Assembly (NCBI RefSeq): GCF_009914755.1
Contig: NC_060931.1
DNA length: 64,000 nt
Direction: 5' to 3' (one strand)
DNA from: the human T2T-CHM13v2.0 reference genome, Homo sapiens
A model generated the notes under the pieces. The model worked only from the letters and a program-made list of their open reading frames with translations, was not told the origin of the DNA and ran no database searches. Of this stretch, positions 30,750 through 50,949 are shown piece after piece. Every line of letters begins with the position of its first letter. The stretch's first letter is position 1. The position numbers and the translations under genes were made by a program.

Positions 30750-30885
30750 AAATCAGTGAATCAAGTATTTATCTAAGGCTTGTTACAGAACCAGCACTGT
30801 GCTGGGGACTATGGGAGCACTTTAGGAAGTCAGATGATACATTTCCTTGCTAAGGGAATCACAAGCCTGTTGGGGAAGACACCCC
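30750..30885 (-). mobile_element. L2 3' fragment
   Basis: tcaagtatttatctaaggc...ccagcactgtgctgggga...gggaatcacaagcctgttgggga. Confidence 0.55.
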
Positions 30886-31619
30886 TTAGTAGAACCATGC
30901 TAGACTTTATTGTGCATATCAATGTTTGGGAACTTTGTGACATTTCAGTTGTTCTTGAAAGTCTATTTATACATCTGCACATTGCCCTGAAGGGCATGGG
31001 AAAATATTTGGGAGGAGAAGGTAGTTGTGAGTTTCCCAGGGCCTCTGATTATCCGAGTTAAAGATTACCTGAAAAAATAGCTGCGATGCCTTCCTCTCAA
31101 CGCACCTTTTCCCTCTCTGTCAACCAGGCTTTGTGGCTGTATCCATTCTGCATGGAAAGAAATCCTGGGAACTAGTTCTTCTTTGCTTGCTTACTTGGGA
31201 TTCTTGAAAAGTGTCTATGCAACTTCTGATCATTATTCGATGTGGAACTTTCATAAAGATCATATTTTGGGTCTTGCCAATTTTTCATATCTACCCACTG
31301 CCTTAGCTTTCACTGCCTTTAAGGCAGTGATTTTCAGAGTGGTGTTTGTAGATCCCTGGGGGTCTTCAAGACCCTTCTGCATGGTCCACAAGGCCCATAC
31401 TGCTTTCATAATATGAGATGTTATTTGATCCTTTCACTCTTGATAGTTGCACCAGTGGTGCAAAAGTCAATGGTAGGCAAAGCAGCTGGTGCCTTTGCAC
31501 AAATCAAAACGGTGGTACCAACCTATAGTTGGGGTAATTATGTTATCAACACCAGGTACTCAGAGTTAAAAAAGTTTTACTTAAGAATGTCCTGATGAAA
31601 TAGCAAATGTATTCATTTA

Positions 31620-36262
<4,643 letters not shown>

Positions 36263-38494
36263 TTGGTATTCGTTTTTGACTCCTGTAAAAGTGTCCCAAT
36301 TTTCACTATTTAAAAAAATAGTGATTTTTCATGAAGTGTTATTTATGCTAATATTTAATGGATATTTTTAATATTGCTTGTGATGAAATGGGAAGTATGC
36401 ATGAGGTACTTCCACTACATACCAAACTATTAAGATCATCTGAAGGAAAAAGTCATGTGAGACTGTGTTAACCTAGTCATTTTTCATGGATATAATTTTT
36501 ACTCAAATAAATAGCTGGTTGACAAACTACAGTTATTCCACCTTTGGTATTTGGCAGACATTTTGTTGAAAAGGAATGAAGTGAGCGTGTCACCTTAAGG
36601 AAATAACTGATGAACTTTGTAACCAATGACAAAATTCAAGTTGTTAAGCAACAATTACAATTCTGGAAACTGTTTAACTGCCTCTTTGAGCTCAACAGCT
36701 TCTCAATACTTAAAGACCTTTCTGAGGAGATTGGTGGTGATATTAATGAAAGTGATTTTTTTGATATTGTATAATGAAGTGTGTCAGTATTTGGAAGATG
36801 TTATAAAATCAAGCATGGGTAAAACAATCTATTCAAAGTACGTGCTAGGCAAAGTGATTTTTAACTAAGTTTTGCAAAGTTCATTGATATGGTTTCAGAT
36901 TTCACTTTTGCAACTAATGCTTAAAAAGCCATTATTTGTTGAATGTTGGTATAGTATCAAAGAACAACAGTCATGATGCTCAGAAACATTATAAAATATT
37001 GCCTTTTCCAATTACATATCTATGTGAAGCATTATTTCCTTTAACCACTTTAACTAAAACAACACCTTGTAACAGATGGGATACAGAAGACAAAATGGTA
37101 CATGTTAGGGACCTCCAGTTGGTCCTTTTTCTTTCAACGGTTATTTACTGTACAGGTCAGGGTTTGGCCAAATCCTGTCTAGCCATTCTAGCTATACATT
37201 GGAAGACTGGGGCAAAGACCACAGAACGGGTCTGCAGACCACTTGACCCACTATGACATCTTCTTGGATCATCATTTCATTTATCCTTTGGCATCTATAA
37301 GTCCCTAGTCCTACTGGGCAATGTGATGGCCTTTTGTATTTCTGGGGATCAGTGTCAGATGAGACACTGTATCCAGTAGTTCTCAAAATGTTTGGGTATT
37401 TCCCTTTTCCAGGTGCATATTCTCTCTGGGAGATGGCTAAAAGGCCTTTTGGAGGAAGAATTGGGGCAATAGTGATGTTATATACTTGTGGTGATATTAC
37501 AGGGTCCTTCCTTAAAGAAACATTGCCTTCACATCAATTAATGGGCTCTAGGTCTAAGATGTTGCTTCGATTTGGAAACGGAATGAGAAGTCACAGCTTT
37601 CTTAAGTGGTAGCTGACATTAACATTCTTCTAAGCAATTGTTGACTTTTTCCTAAACAAGCCAAATAACTGGTTTCTCGTCTTTTTAATCCCTAAACATA
37701 TCACAGTCTATTAGGCTTGATAGATAGATCTTTGTGGGTGAAGGTACTACTTGAGGCTTGATGCCCACTATAATAATTACAGGCATCTTACTTCTGTCAG
37801 TTAAAGATTTCCACCAAGTCTCTTCTATAGATATGATTCCCACTGATACTAGTGATCTTAGTTCCTTGACATGTTACAGAGGACAGTCATCATCAACCTT
37901 CTCAAAATGGACAAGCTGTCTTTACCTGTGCGTTCTTTATTGTGTTAGCGAAGGGCTTATTCTTCAGGCACTCCTAGAAAAGATGGTCAGATGGCAGGTT
38001 CTCCAATCTTGTGTACTGCATCGATTCTAACATTCTCATACTCCTGAGTTGTTCCTTAGTACTCTGTTAAGGCAATTCTCACATATCTACAACATTTGTT
38101 TTAGACCAATACTATGTCCAAGCTTTAGGGAGCCGTCTCAGAAACATTGGGGCTGGCCCTAAGTGTCATTGCCAAGGTAAACTCTGAGTCATGGAAGAGT
38201 TTTCCCATGTTAATACATTGTTGCCTATTCATATTTCAGTAGTTCCTTGTTTGACATCATCAAGATTCATCGTCACCCTCTTTCTCTGTCTGCTATATGT
38301 ACATATTTAGCCACGTCTTTTAATTTATATAGAGCAAGCATTGTATTTCCCTGTGTAGACTGTACTGTGATTCAACCCGTTACTTGTCTGCACGCAATGG
38401 AGTGGCTCTAGAGAAGGACACACATCTTGTAGCAATGCATCTGACTCAGGTAATATGTTTTCAGGGTGTCTAGACTAGTGGCACTTCCTCTTCT

Positions 38495-38696
38495 ATCAGT
38501 GGGAAGGAAGTTGCTTCCACTGACCTGAAGGGTTCAGGGCTGTCTGGGAGTTCAAGAATCTCAGGTTTGTTGGAGGTCACCAACAACATCATCTCATCAG
38601 TGGGAAGGAAGTTGCTTCCACTGACCTGAAGGGTTCAGGGACTTCTGGGAGTTCAAGGATCTCAGGTTTGTTGGAGGTCACCAACAATTTCATCTC
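38495..38696. repeat. 101-bp tandem duplication in the ERVL gag region
   Basis: atcagtgggaaggaagttgcttccactgacc...catctc at 38495-38595 and 38596-38696, with about 6 mismatches. Confidence 0.96.
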
Positions 38697-39029
38697 AGCA
38701 GCCCAGTACTTTCCCATTAGCTATTAAGCTTTTGCATTCAGTCTCCTTTGCAGCTCTGCTTCCTTGACCGTAATTCCTGGGCATGATTTGAAACCTACTT
38801 TTCCCCCATTATCCTAAAAGATAAAGGTTTCTTTTAATACTTCATGGATGTTTTCTGACTTTCACAACTTGCCTTGAGGTAGGAGTCTAACTTTAGGAGC
38901 CTTAACAAAAGTAGCCAACTCCACGATCCTTAAAATTACCTTTGCCCCACACCATTTATGCCATGGCTACTGCATTCACTTTCTGCCTGGACTTCATCCC
39001 GATTCACCACCTGTAAGAATCTTCGTGCT

Positions 39030-39321
<292 letters not shown>

Positions 39322-39422
39322 CTACTGTGTGCAAGGAGTTGCGACCACCCAACTTACTACCATCTGACCAGTTCCAATTTCATCTCAGAGGTCTGCTTTC
39401 CAGGGCCACTTTTGATCCCAGT

Positions 39423-39945
39423 TTTCTTAGTCAGGGTTTCTGCCAGAAAGCATACACTAAGACAGGGGCTTGTACGTAGGTAGTTTATTTTTGAGGAAGT
39501 ATTTTCAGGGAAGAAGAGGAGAGGGTGTGGGAAGCATGAAACAGAAGTAGGGAAAGCTGATACAGGGTGCATCTTTGCCTGTGCTCCCACTGAGGGCAAG
39601 TGCAGCTAGACCCTGGCAGGGTTTTCTAAGTAGCTGTGTATAATGAGCCTCGAGAGTTTCCACTTGAGGAATGGCATGTAGACTCAGTTATCCACAGCCT
39701 CCCCTCCACGGAATTCCACCCCTGATTCCCTCATACTGTCAGGTTGTACATGCTGAGGAACTTCCTGCAGGCTTCCCAAGCAGCCAGGTCATACAAGCTC
39801 TGGAGCACAGCGAGAGTGAGAGTGCAGTGCAGTTGAGACAAGATGCTGTTCAATTACCTATCAGAAGAACAGGTGCAGCATTGGGGGCTAAAGCACACGG
39901 TGGATTTGAGAGAATGCAAGGTGGGCACATTCAGTGTCTATGACA
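39423..39945 (-). mobile_element. ERVL 5' LTR of the decayed provirus
   Basis: Adjacent to the PBS. The minus strand starts TG(tca) and carries an aataaa-like signal (plus-strand gtagtttatttttgagg). Confidence 0.7.
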
Positions 39946-40221
39946 TTCTCTCGCTGACTTTTAACTTTTCTGTATTTTGGGTTCCTGCAACCATGGCTAT
40001 TATCTGGGCGATATTCTAATTTATAACTGCCTTACTTGGAAATATTTAGCTCCAATTTCTTACTCTCTGATTGCTGCATAGTATTTTTAATCAATATTGC
40101 ACAATATAATACCTCTTTATAATAAAAAACTAACATATATAAATTGATCTCAGAAGTTCTTTAGAAAACATTTTTAGAGCTAACTTTGTTACTGTTTCAA
40201 AAAAAAATTTAGTGAGCTCAA

Positions 40222-41070
40222 CTTCATTCATTCATCAGATTTTTATTTTGAACCTAATATAGTCCTGGCACATATTAGATTTGTGGTGCTGACAATATAG
40301 TAAAGGCTGTGGGCATGCAAACAAGTCATTTCAGAACATTGCGAGAAATTCTGCCGTATGCATATGCTCAATACTGAAGGATTAGAGAGGAAGGAGGAGC
40401 CAATCTTGGTGATAAAGGTAACAAAGAAGGTTTCACAGGGGAGTTACACTTTGAAGTCGATTTTGAAGGATGAGTTGAGCCTGGATAGATGGAGAAGTAA
40501 CAATATTTGCAAAAGCACAGAAACATAAAGGAGTGTGTCATCTTCATAATAAGGGGTTGAGGCAGCATATTTCAGGTGGTGTCTGGTGGGAGTGAAAAAA
40601 AGATTTAAAATAAATATGGACAGGAAAGTTAGAAACAGACTATGCCAGATCTTGTATATTATATTAGGGAGTTATTTTCTTGTTAGAAAACAACAGATTT
40701 GAATTTTAGCTTTGTGATCGAGGGGAAACTAAATTGGAGAAGAGGGCCAGAGTGAGAGAGATTGGTTAGAAGATTATTACAATAAGCTGTGCAAGAGAAA
40801 ATATAGTCATGAACAGGGGCAGAGGCAGTAGGAATAGAGAATGATGGATGGAATTCTGAGGTATATGTGAAATAGAATCAACAGTATTTGCTTAATTCAA
40901 TTTTGAAGTAGAGAAAGGGAAGAATCAATATTCTATTTTGGTGACTGGTTGATGATGCCATTACCTAAGATAAAGATGTCAAGGGAAACCCGTGTTTGGA
41001 TGTCAGGGAAAAATGGGTTCATTTTGAGAAATGTTGAGATATTTGTGGCACGATCATATGATGATGCCCG
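40222..41070 (-). mobile_element. L2 (3' part)
   Basis: ttcattcattcatc tail, gaaggtttcacagggga...ttttgaaggatgag, and ggtgactggttgatgatgccatt. Confidence 0.7.
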
Positions 41071-41094
41071 TTAAGGGAAAACACTCTGTTTCCA

Positions 41095-41300
41095 GAAGAG
41101 CTCATCCACTTCCGTGATCTCTGTTACCAACTATATGAAGATGGCTGTATTTATATATCCAGGACAAATTGCCCTTTTGAGTGCAAAACAGTGTCTCCCA
41201 AGTATCTCAGAGTTGTCATATACAAAACTAAACTTATTTTCCTTCAGTTTCTCTCTTTATCCAGTGTCTTTATATTAGAAAATGGTATTACCATTTAAAC
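41095..41300 (+). mobile_element. L2 fragment
   Basis: ctcatccacttccgtg...atatatccag...caaaactaaactt...aaatggtattaccatt. Confidence 0.5.
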
Positions 41301-41302
41301 AG

Positions 41303-41600
41303 TTCATTCGTTTTATGAATATATTCAAGAAATATTCACTACCAGACATGGTTTTAGGGCGCTGGCATGCAGTAGTGAACAAAACAAGTCTCTGCTCTCA
41401 TTTCCAAAACAATAAAACAAACATGAATAAAAAAATAGGTTAGATGATGATAAGCCCTATTTAAAAAAAAATAAAGCAACCTTGGGGTGCTGGAGAGTGA
41501 GAGGATTGTTTTCAATAGGGTAGTCAGGGAAAGTGTCTCCTATGAGGTAACATCTGAGCAGAGTTCTGGAGAAAGTGAAGGGGTGAGATTGTGGGACACA
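41303..41600 (-). mobile_element. L2a 3' end
   Basis: ccagacatggttttagggcgctgg...cagtagtgaacaaaacaagtctctgctctc...gtagtcagggaaag...gaggtaacatctgagcagag. Confidence 0.75.
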
Positions 41601-41603
41601 TGG

Positions 41604-42449
<846 letters not shown>

Positions 42450-42614
42450 GGTTATATATGCACTCCGTGTAGGAGAAAACACATCTAAAAGCTTCGATTT
42501 GTGAAGTGGGGGTTGTGTTTTAAAAAAGGAAGAAAAGAAGAAAGAAAGAAATAAAACAAAGCTTCCAGCTAAGAGCATGTACATGGTGCTCGTGCCAGAA
42601 ACCTGGGGGTATTA

Positions 42615-42900
42615 CATCTAATTAGTCACTAAATATTTTCTATTAAGCTTCTAAACATTTCTTGATTCTGTGTATTTCTCCATTTTACTGCCAAAATCTC
42701 TGATCAAAACACAGCAATCTTTTATGTGGACTCTTATCTCTGAAACCATTTCCTCAATCCACTCTTGACTCTTACAATCTATTCTCTTCAGTGAAGTAAG
42801 GATCTTTTTAAAATGCAAATTGAATCAAGTCAACTCTCTACTTAAAGTTCTTATGTGAATTTCTGGTCGGTCCTAGGTTAATTGGCCTTCTATATCCATC
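42615..42900 (+). mobile_element. L2 fragment
   Basis: caatctattctc...gatctttttaaaatgcaaattgaatcaagtcaactctctacttaaa. Confidence 0.6.
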
Positions 42901-44084
42901 TTTCTTTGCACATTCTAAAAAACACTTAGATTCACAAGGGGCACACTGCATAAACAACAGAACTCTCCCCAGAGCGGCTGATGGTACTGTTAGTTTGTAC
43001 ACACAGAGAGCTTGGGAGAATAAGCTGAACAATTGCAAATGGAATAGCGGATTGGGGTGCAGAGGACACAGACTAAGCACAGTCAAAATCAGCCGCTGAG
43101 GAAGCCCAACATCATGTGTTAAAATACTGGGCTCAGCACTGGGGACAGGCAAGGGTTTTGAAAGTGTGTGGACTTCAGTGGCTCTCTCAACAAAGCAGTG
43201 CTTCTAGAGAAGAAGGTAAATAGAAAGGGGGAGGCATCCTTTATAAACGTGTGGTGGAAGGAGAGAAAGAAATACCTGGAGAAAATCAAGGATGCTGCAG
43301 AAACAATAGAGAATCACAGGACAAACCAACTCATTCCTACCCCTAACCATATTATCCAAGAAGGAAGCTGCACTTTCCTCTACAAATAAATAACCATACT
43401 TTTGAACAAGCAATTTTGTTCAGGAAATGAATTGGAACAAAAAAATCCATACGCAGTTACTGTAAGAGGCAAAGAGAAAATGAAAATCAAACACTTCAGC
43501 TGAATTGAGAATTCGCCACCAAAATAACCACAAAGTAGAAGAAAACTGTAATGCAATACTCTAAACTGATTGAATAGCCTTAAACCATACATTTCATGAT
43601 TTCTACTCTAACCAAATGTAACTAACTAAACAATCAACCAGGGAGGAACAGCTCTTCCTTTCAGTAGAATGCCAAGTAGTGAATATGTATTGAATGATGA
43701 AGTTAGAAAATGCAGTTTGCAACCGTCATAGATATTATTCAGGGAAGAATTTTTAACAGGTGTTAAAACCAGTGGGTGGTATTTTGAAGAAGATATTTGG
43801 ATGAAATTCAGTTATTGCTACATAATGGTATGTATTTATTATAAAAGGAAAAATAGTAACATCATAGTGGAGAGACCTCTAGTAGGTACTACTTTAACCT
43901 AAAGATGAAAGTTAATGTTTCTAATAATGGTTATATTGATAGCACGTGTACCCTAATGTGATTTGATGAGAAGAACACATTATTTATTCAGTATTCTAGC
44001 CCCAAGTAACTACCTGACTGTAATCATAAGGAAACATGAGATGAACTCAAATTGAAGGACTACCCTTTAAAAATGTCAAGATGT

Positions 44085-44444
<360 letters not shown>

Positions 44445-44541
44445 TTAAATGATATTAAAGTGATATGACAAATAAGTACAAGGTATGAAGTTGGATTGGA
44501 TCCTGGACAAGAAAGAAGATGCTACATAGGACATGATTGGA

Positions 44542-45078
44542 TGTCAAGTGGTCAGTAGCTCGGTGACCACCAAGACCAAAAGGACCACTGCTGCAGCTGC
44601 TGAGTTGACTTGCCACACGCCTATGGATTTGGCCAGGAAGGAGGCAACAAGCCCAGTTGATTTTAGGCAGTTGTGATTGACACAGCATAAGCTAGATCAG
44701 CATGGTGTCAACTCCTCATGTTCCTCGTGTAACAAAGTAACACCAACTTCAGGGGCCAGATGGCAGCTAGCATGCCTGGTGGGTTACTTGGGCAGTGAGG
44801 TGACCACTCTAGAATACAGCCAATGAGTTGTATAGATTTACTCAGAAGCCTGCAGCTATATCCTGAGAGGGGGTAGGGGTACCATAGGAAAGTCCTGTGC
44901 TCTGCTAAAACTAGGGAGATAGATGAGAAACAGCTTTGTGGCAGTTCCTGCCAAGGCTGCGTACCTCCCCTGGGTCTAGGAAGAATCACAGGGCATTTTA
45001 CCAGGACTCAGGTCAAAGTGTGGCCAAGCCTTGCCTACATGGACAATGTGGAGACACGCAAGGTTGTTAGTGTGCCAC
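44542..45078. mobile_element. Solo LTR, probably ERVL (MER54/73/74 group)
   Basis: A GC-richer ~540-bp block bounded by TG...CA that interrupts the old L1. gaccaccaagaccaaaaggaccactgctg resembles the recalled consensus. Confidence 0.5.
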
Positions 45079-45094
45079 ATGGTAGAACTATTTA

Positions 45095-45686
45095 TGTTGA
45101 AGGCAGAATAATCCCCACCCCTCCAAATGATACCTACTCCTTAACCCTGGAGCCTGTGAGTATATTCTCTTTCATGGCTAAAAGACCTTTTGGGTATGAT
45201 GAAGGTTACAGATCTTGAGTGGGGAGAGGATTCTCGATTATCAGGGTGGACTTAACCTAATCACATGAGTTCTTAAAAAGGAACAGTCTTTCCTGGCCGT
45301 AGTCAGAAAGAGAGATAAAAAGATGGATGAATGAGAGGGATGTGATTATGAGAAGTTCTCAATCACCATTGTTGATCTTGAAATGGAGAAGGGGGCTAAA
45401 GTCAAGAGAGGCATTGGTCTCTAGAATTTGGTAAATACTGTCATTTTACAGCCAGCTACAGGGTCTGTGTCCTACAACATCAAATATCTGAATTTTGCCA
45501 GCCACCTGAAAGGGCAGCTACAGGTTTTCTCCTTGAGCCCTTAGAGAGGAATTCAGTCAGCTTGATTGAAGTTCTGTGAGATTTGTACCAGATTTTCAAC
45601 CTATAAGACTTTAGGAATACATTTGTATAGTTTAAAGCCACTAAGTTTGTGGTAATTTGTTACAGTAGCAATAGAAAAAGAGTCCA
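45095..45686 (+). mobile_element. MLT1 (D/E-like) MaLR LTR
   Basis: aggcagaataatcccc...aacctaatcacatgag...tttaaagccactaagtttgtggtaatttgttacagtagcaatagaaaa. Confidence 0.85.
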
Positions 45687-46585
45687 TCCCATATTAGGAT
45701 ATGTGACTAAGTTGAAATATGGGTATGGGTAATGGTATTGTACCCTTTACTATTCACAGAATTTCATAGCTGTATTGTGGTTATCCAAGAAAATTCTCAT
45801 TCTTAGAAAATATCCTGAGGTATTCAGGGGTAATGAGAATGACTTAGGCAATTTTTACTCAAATGGTTGAGGGAAAAAAAATTAATGGGTCAAAATGTTA
45901 ATAATTGCTGAAATCTGAATTAAGGGTATATGGATATTCCTTCTGCCATTCTTGTAGCTTTTAAGTTGAAATTATTTCCAAATAAACAGTGTTTTAAAAA
46001 GCATTGACTTCCCTCTTATTCTCCCAACACAGGCCTTAGCATGGCCTGCTATCTCTGGTGGGGTGGGCTCTGGCTGACCTTTGCAGCTGTATGTGCCATT
46101 CCTCTTCCCTTTGTTCATCCTCCTCCTCTCTATCTGGTATAATTTTTGCTTCTTTTTTTGTTTGACAGTTATGATACCAAAGAAAGATAAAACAGAAAAG
46201 AATACAACAAAACCCTTTTAACCATTAATGCATTATACAAGACAAAAAAATTAATAATGCATTAAAAGACTAAATAAAAATTGAAGTGCCTTTAAAAAAT
46301 TTAAATTCCTGACTTAGGAATAAATAACAAATACAGGGAACAGATGTTACTTCAATTAAAGATATGCATTTTTCTATATAAGATGCTTGTTGTAAGAGCT
46401 CACTTTAGTGATAAGAAAAGAGAGCTGCTTATAGGAGAATGTTGAGGGTCTTTTCTGCAGCACTGTACTCTACTCTGGATAATACCAAGTCTGCACTCAA
46501 GTCCAGTGGAGTGGCTTCTGTTTCACACAGCATTCTCAGTGATGTTCCAGCTATAAGTTTATGTGGAAGAACAGGGTCACACAAA

Positions 46586-46740
46586 ATTACATTACAGTAC
46601 ATGCAGCATTACATTACACTCATTACAACCTTATTTTGTTACATTACTTACATACATTACCTTACACAGAATCCATTACATGCAGCATAACATTACACTA
46701 TATGCAACATTACATTATCCAAGGTCATACAACATTTCAC
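46586..46740. repeat. Degenerate (CATTA)n pentamer array
   Basis: Repeated cattacatta/cattacacta/catgcagcat units. Confidence 0.75.
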
Positions 46741-47274
46741 AAGGTTCAAGGTCTAGCCTTAACATACTTTTGAGCTCTTCAACCACATCCTAATTTGGGA
46801 TAATAATATTTAATATTTAATAATATTTAATAGTGGCTCATTTCCTGTTTTCCCTTACTCACTGAACAAATCTTTACTGACTAATAGCATTCTGCCTGGG
46901 ACAGACATTTTGTGAAAGTATGTCCAATGCACTATGTGTGAAGAGATAAAATGATGAGGAAACAAATAAATGATGTCTACAAATAATCACCAGGTCAGAC
47001 AATAGGCAAACATTACCAAAAAATGTGAAAAAGTTGTCTTAATATTTTTAGTATTTGTCTTTGTTTTATCCTGAATTTGCTCATGAGGTGTTCTGAATCA
47101 GATTTCCTAATAATTACCTCAAAATAAATAATGTGTCCCATGTTCAAGGCTTACCCTTTGGCCATGCAATAAGAACCAATGAGAATTCTTCAACCATGAG
47201 GGGTCTGATATTCCAAGGGTGAGAAACAAAGAACAATGGATTAACAATGGACCATTAGCCATCTCCCTTCTTGA

Positions 47275-47702
<428 letters not shown>

Positions 47703-50539
47703 TCTCTGGCTTTTATGACCTAAAGATGTCTTCAAGGCCTGGACTTCCTACCTTTTGAAATATAAATAGCTAGCAAGGTAGAACCTGGGTCTTCTTGACA
47801 TTTGTAGCTTAACCTAGGAATTTACACCATTCTGTAAGAAAAGTTTCATTCTCCTTTTCTATATCCCTATATTGAAATATCTCAGAACAATTAAGTAAAC
47901 AATGGATACAAACCTAATTCTCATGGTATGTAAAGAGTCTCAGGAGGTCATAGCTTTTGTAGGAGTACTGATGAATTTAGGGAAGTTTTATTTTCCATCA
48001 GAAGTGATAACAACAAATTCAAAGGAGATACAAAGAAGGAGCCGGAAGATGTGCATATTCTTCATGGAAAAAAATGTATTTTAGCTGAGGATTGAATGGT
48101 AAATATAATTTCAATAAGTGCAAATGGGAGATGCTAGTGATGTCATAATTTATGAACAATAAAGGTTAGTATGTCCAAATTATAAGGATTATTGTTCATA
48201 ATTTATAAGGGTTTGAAACAATGCAAATTTATAAGTGGTCGATTTATTTTTGTTATTGCATACCAGAATAAACTTTGCAAAAAGAACTTCAGAAGTAGCA
48301 CATAATCAACCTTGTTTATATATTTAAAAAATAATTGAAATAAAATGCAATTTAATTAAAATGTATTGGATAAAAAATAGATGAAAAATGTTAACTTTAT
48401 TCATATATATATATTCAAATATACATATATATATTTGGTTAGTTCACCAAAGTGAAATCTTTTATTTATTTTTGATTTGGGGTCTAACTGAAGCTTCGTG
48501 GACAATCTTATTTTCCTAAAATAAGTAGCTGAAGTGAAGTGTCTTCTAGCTAATTGTTTTTTTCCTCCTCACTTCCCCGTTCTTCTGGATTAAACATGGG
48601 ATGAGAATATTGCTCTGAGTTTACTATTGCGAAATACTTGGGAGGTAATGCATACGTTGTTAGAAAAGATTTATGAGAGGATGGTTAATACAAAATAAAG
48701 ATCTGTTTCTCCCTTGAAATAGATAAAAGTATATCATCACATAATATTTAAGAACTTTCTTATGACTGATTATTCAGTGCAAAAGATAGTTATAACTTGA
48801 AGCAGCTTATAATATAGCATATATTGCTAATTCTGCAAATGAAAGTTGAATGCAATTTGAAATTGAGCATATCTTGAAAAATGAAAAAAATGTTCTTAAA
48901 GGTGACCACACTTAAGTCTACTATGAAGGACATTTAAAATGCAGAAACTTGAAGTATGCAGTTAGAAATTCAAAATCAAAACACATAGACATAACTAAAT
49001 TTTCATTTATGCCCTTTAGTTTTTTCACTTCTTTGATATTGATATTGTTTAATTGAGCAAAGTAGTAACATAAAATTTCAAAGCAAAAACAGTTGCATTT
49101 GAGAAAAAAAACTTCTCCATTTTGTTTCTTAAAATATAATATTTGGATATTTGGATAAAGTTAAAAATAAAATTAATAGATATTGATTAAATAACCTGAT
49201 TTTTTGAGTTCTCTAGAGTAGAATGCATTTTTGGACCCATCAACACTCAACCATATTGTTGAAAAGATTACTTAACATTCTTTAAAAAATGGAATTTACT
49301 TTTGTGTGTATGGGACAATAGCATTGCTATATTTTTCTTTCTTTCTTTTTTTTTTTTTAAATAAGCCATCATTTGCCTATGAGCTGAAAGACAAATTTGA
49401 ATGTGAACTTAAAGTTTTCTCTTATTATAAGGTGCTTTGTAAAAAGGGAAATAATTGATATGTAGAAGTTTTAAGGAACACTCCAAATTCATAGGGAAAT
49501 AAACAGTCAACACAAACAAGTACTACAGGATTTTGAATATCTGTCTTATGTTCAGTATAAACCTTTGTTGACCTTATATAAATGACTTATTACACAATAT
49601 GTTGATAAAATATCCTTCCTCTGTAGGTTGTTGTTAAAAACTGAATGGTGATACAGGGCGAAGACTATGTTTCCTCATTGCTATGCATGGTTTAAAAACA
49701 CCCACTAACAGGGAGATCTGCTAAACTGCCTGCTAAAATCTTTCCCAAAGATTGTTTGGTTTCAAACTGCATTTAATGCTGAAATGAAACATATTCCACG
49801 TCCAGGGAAATTGTTCTGGTGATGAAGCCTTTCAAAGCTTAAAAGAGTGTTGAAAAAGAAACCTGCCCGCCTTCTAGAATTAGACTGGATGAAGGTAATT
49901 GAGTCAAATGGCAGTTTTATCCCCAAGTGAAATTACTTCCACTGCACAGGTCATAAGGCATCTGAAGATTTATCTGACATTCCTGATACCTCAGCAGTGA
50001 CACTGATATTGGATGACATATTTGGCATAAGGGAAGGATCATTTCTCTTTAGAACACTCTATATTTTTTAGTTAAATGATCATTGCTAGATGCATCCTCT
50101 TCATGAATATAAATTACTAGCCCAGCAAAGGACTTAGATTTGTATGCTGTCTTTTACTATGAAGGATTTTTAAGGGTGCAGTGAACCCATTTTACATTGC
50201 CACTAGACATATTTGGGGATTGCTTTATCTAGCACTGCAACATTGTCCTTAGGTAACAGTATATTATAGTCAGGATGTAGCTCGGTAAATACAACAGCTT
50301 TTATCCTCACTGTGGAGGTCATTTTTTTTTCTTTCTTAACTAGGCATGTTGTCAGCAGAATTCTGCACACCCAAACTCTTTACTAATGGGCTATGGTAAT
50401 TATCCATATTTTAATCAATGCCCTATTTAGAATCGCTTGACGTATATGCTTATGCTTGATTTTGTATTTCCTGTTTGGCATTATTATTCAAACTCAGTGT
50501 GATTTCTAAATAACAGAGTACACCCCAATGGCTACATTT

Positions 50540-50675
50540 CTCACTGGAATATAAGCTCCATGAGGGCAAATATTTTGTCTATTTTATTCACTGTGTATCC
50601 CAGTGTCTCAATCAAACAGTGCTTGGTACATAACAGGTGTCCCATAAATGTTTTTTGACTGACTGAATTAATGGT
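50540..50675 (+). mobile_element. L2a 3' end
   Basis: ctggaatataagctccatgagggca...ttcactgtgtatcccagtg...acagtgcttggtacataacaggtg...ataaatgttt. Confidence 0.85.
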
Positions 50676-50949
50676 ATGGATGAGCAAAGAAATAGATATT
50701 TACAATAATATCTATTAAAATAATATACAATAATGGACTAATTTCAAACTATATGAGTAATGTGACAAATATGAAAGAAATTTCACAGAACTAACAACTA
50801 AGTGGGAAAAATCTAATAGCTTCTCCGCTCTAATGGACATTTGTTTTGCCTTTTGCCACTCAGTGTCTTCTGAAAACCCCTCTTACGTTCAGAACACTCT
50901 CAAGTGAGAGTCTCATTTCTGATTTTCTACAATTTGAATCCTGTATCCC

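Noticed and set aside
38495-38696. Direct repeats considered as a CRISPR-like array
   Set aside because: There are only two adjacent 101-bp units with no spacers, the context is eukaryotic, and there are no cas genes.
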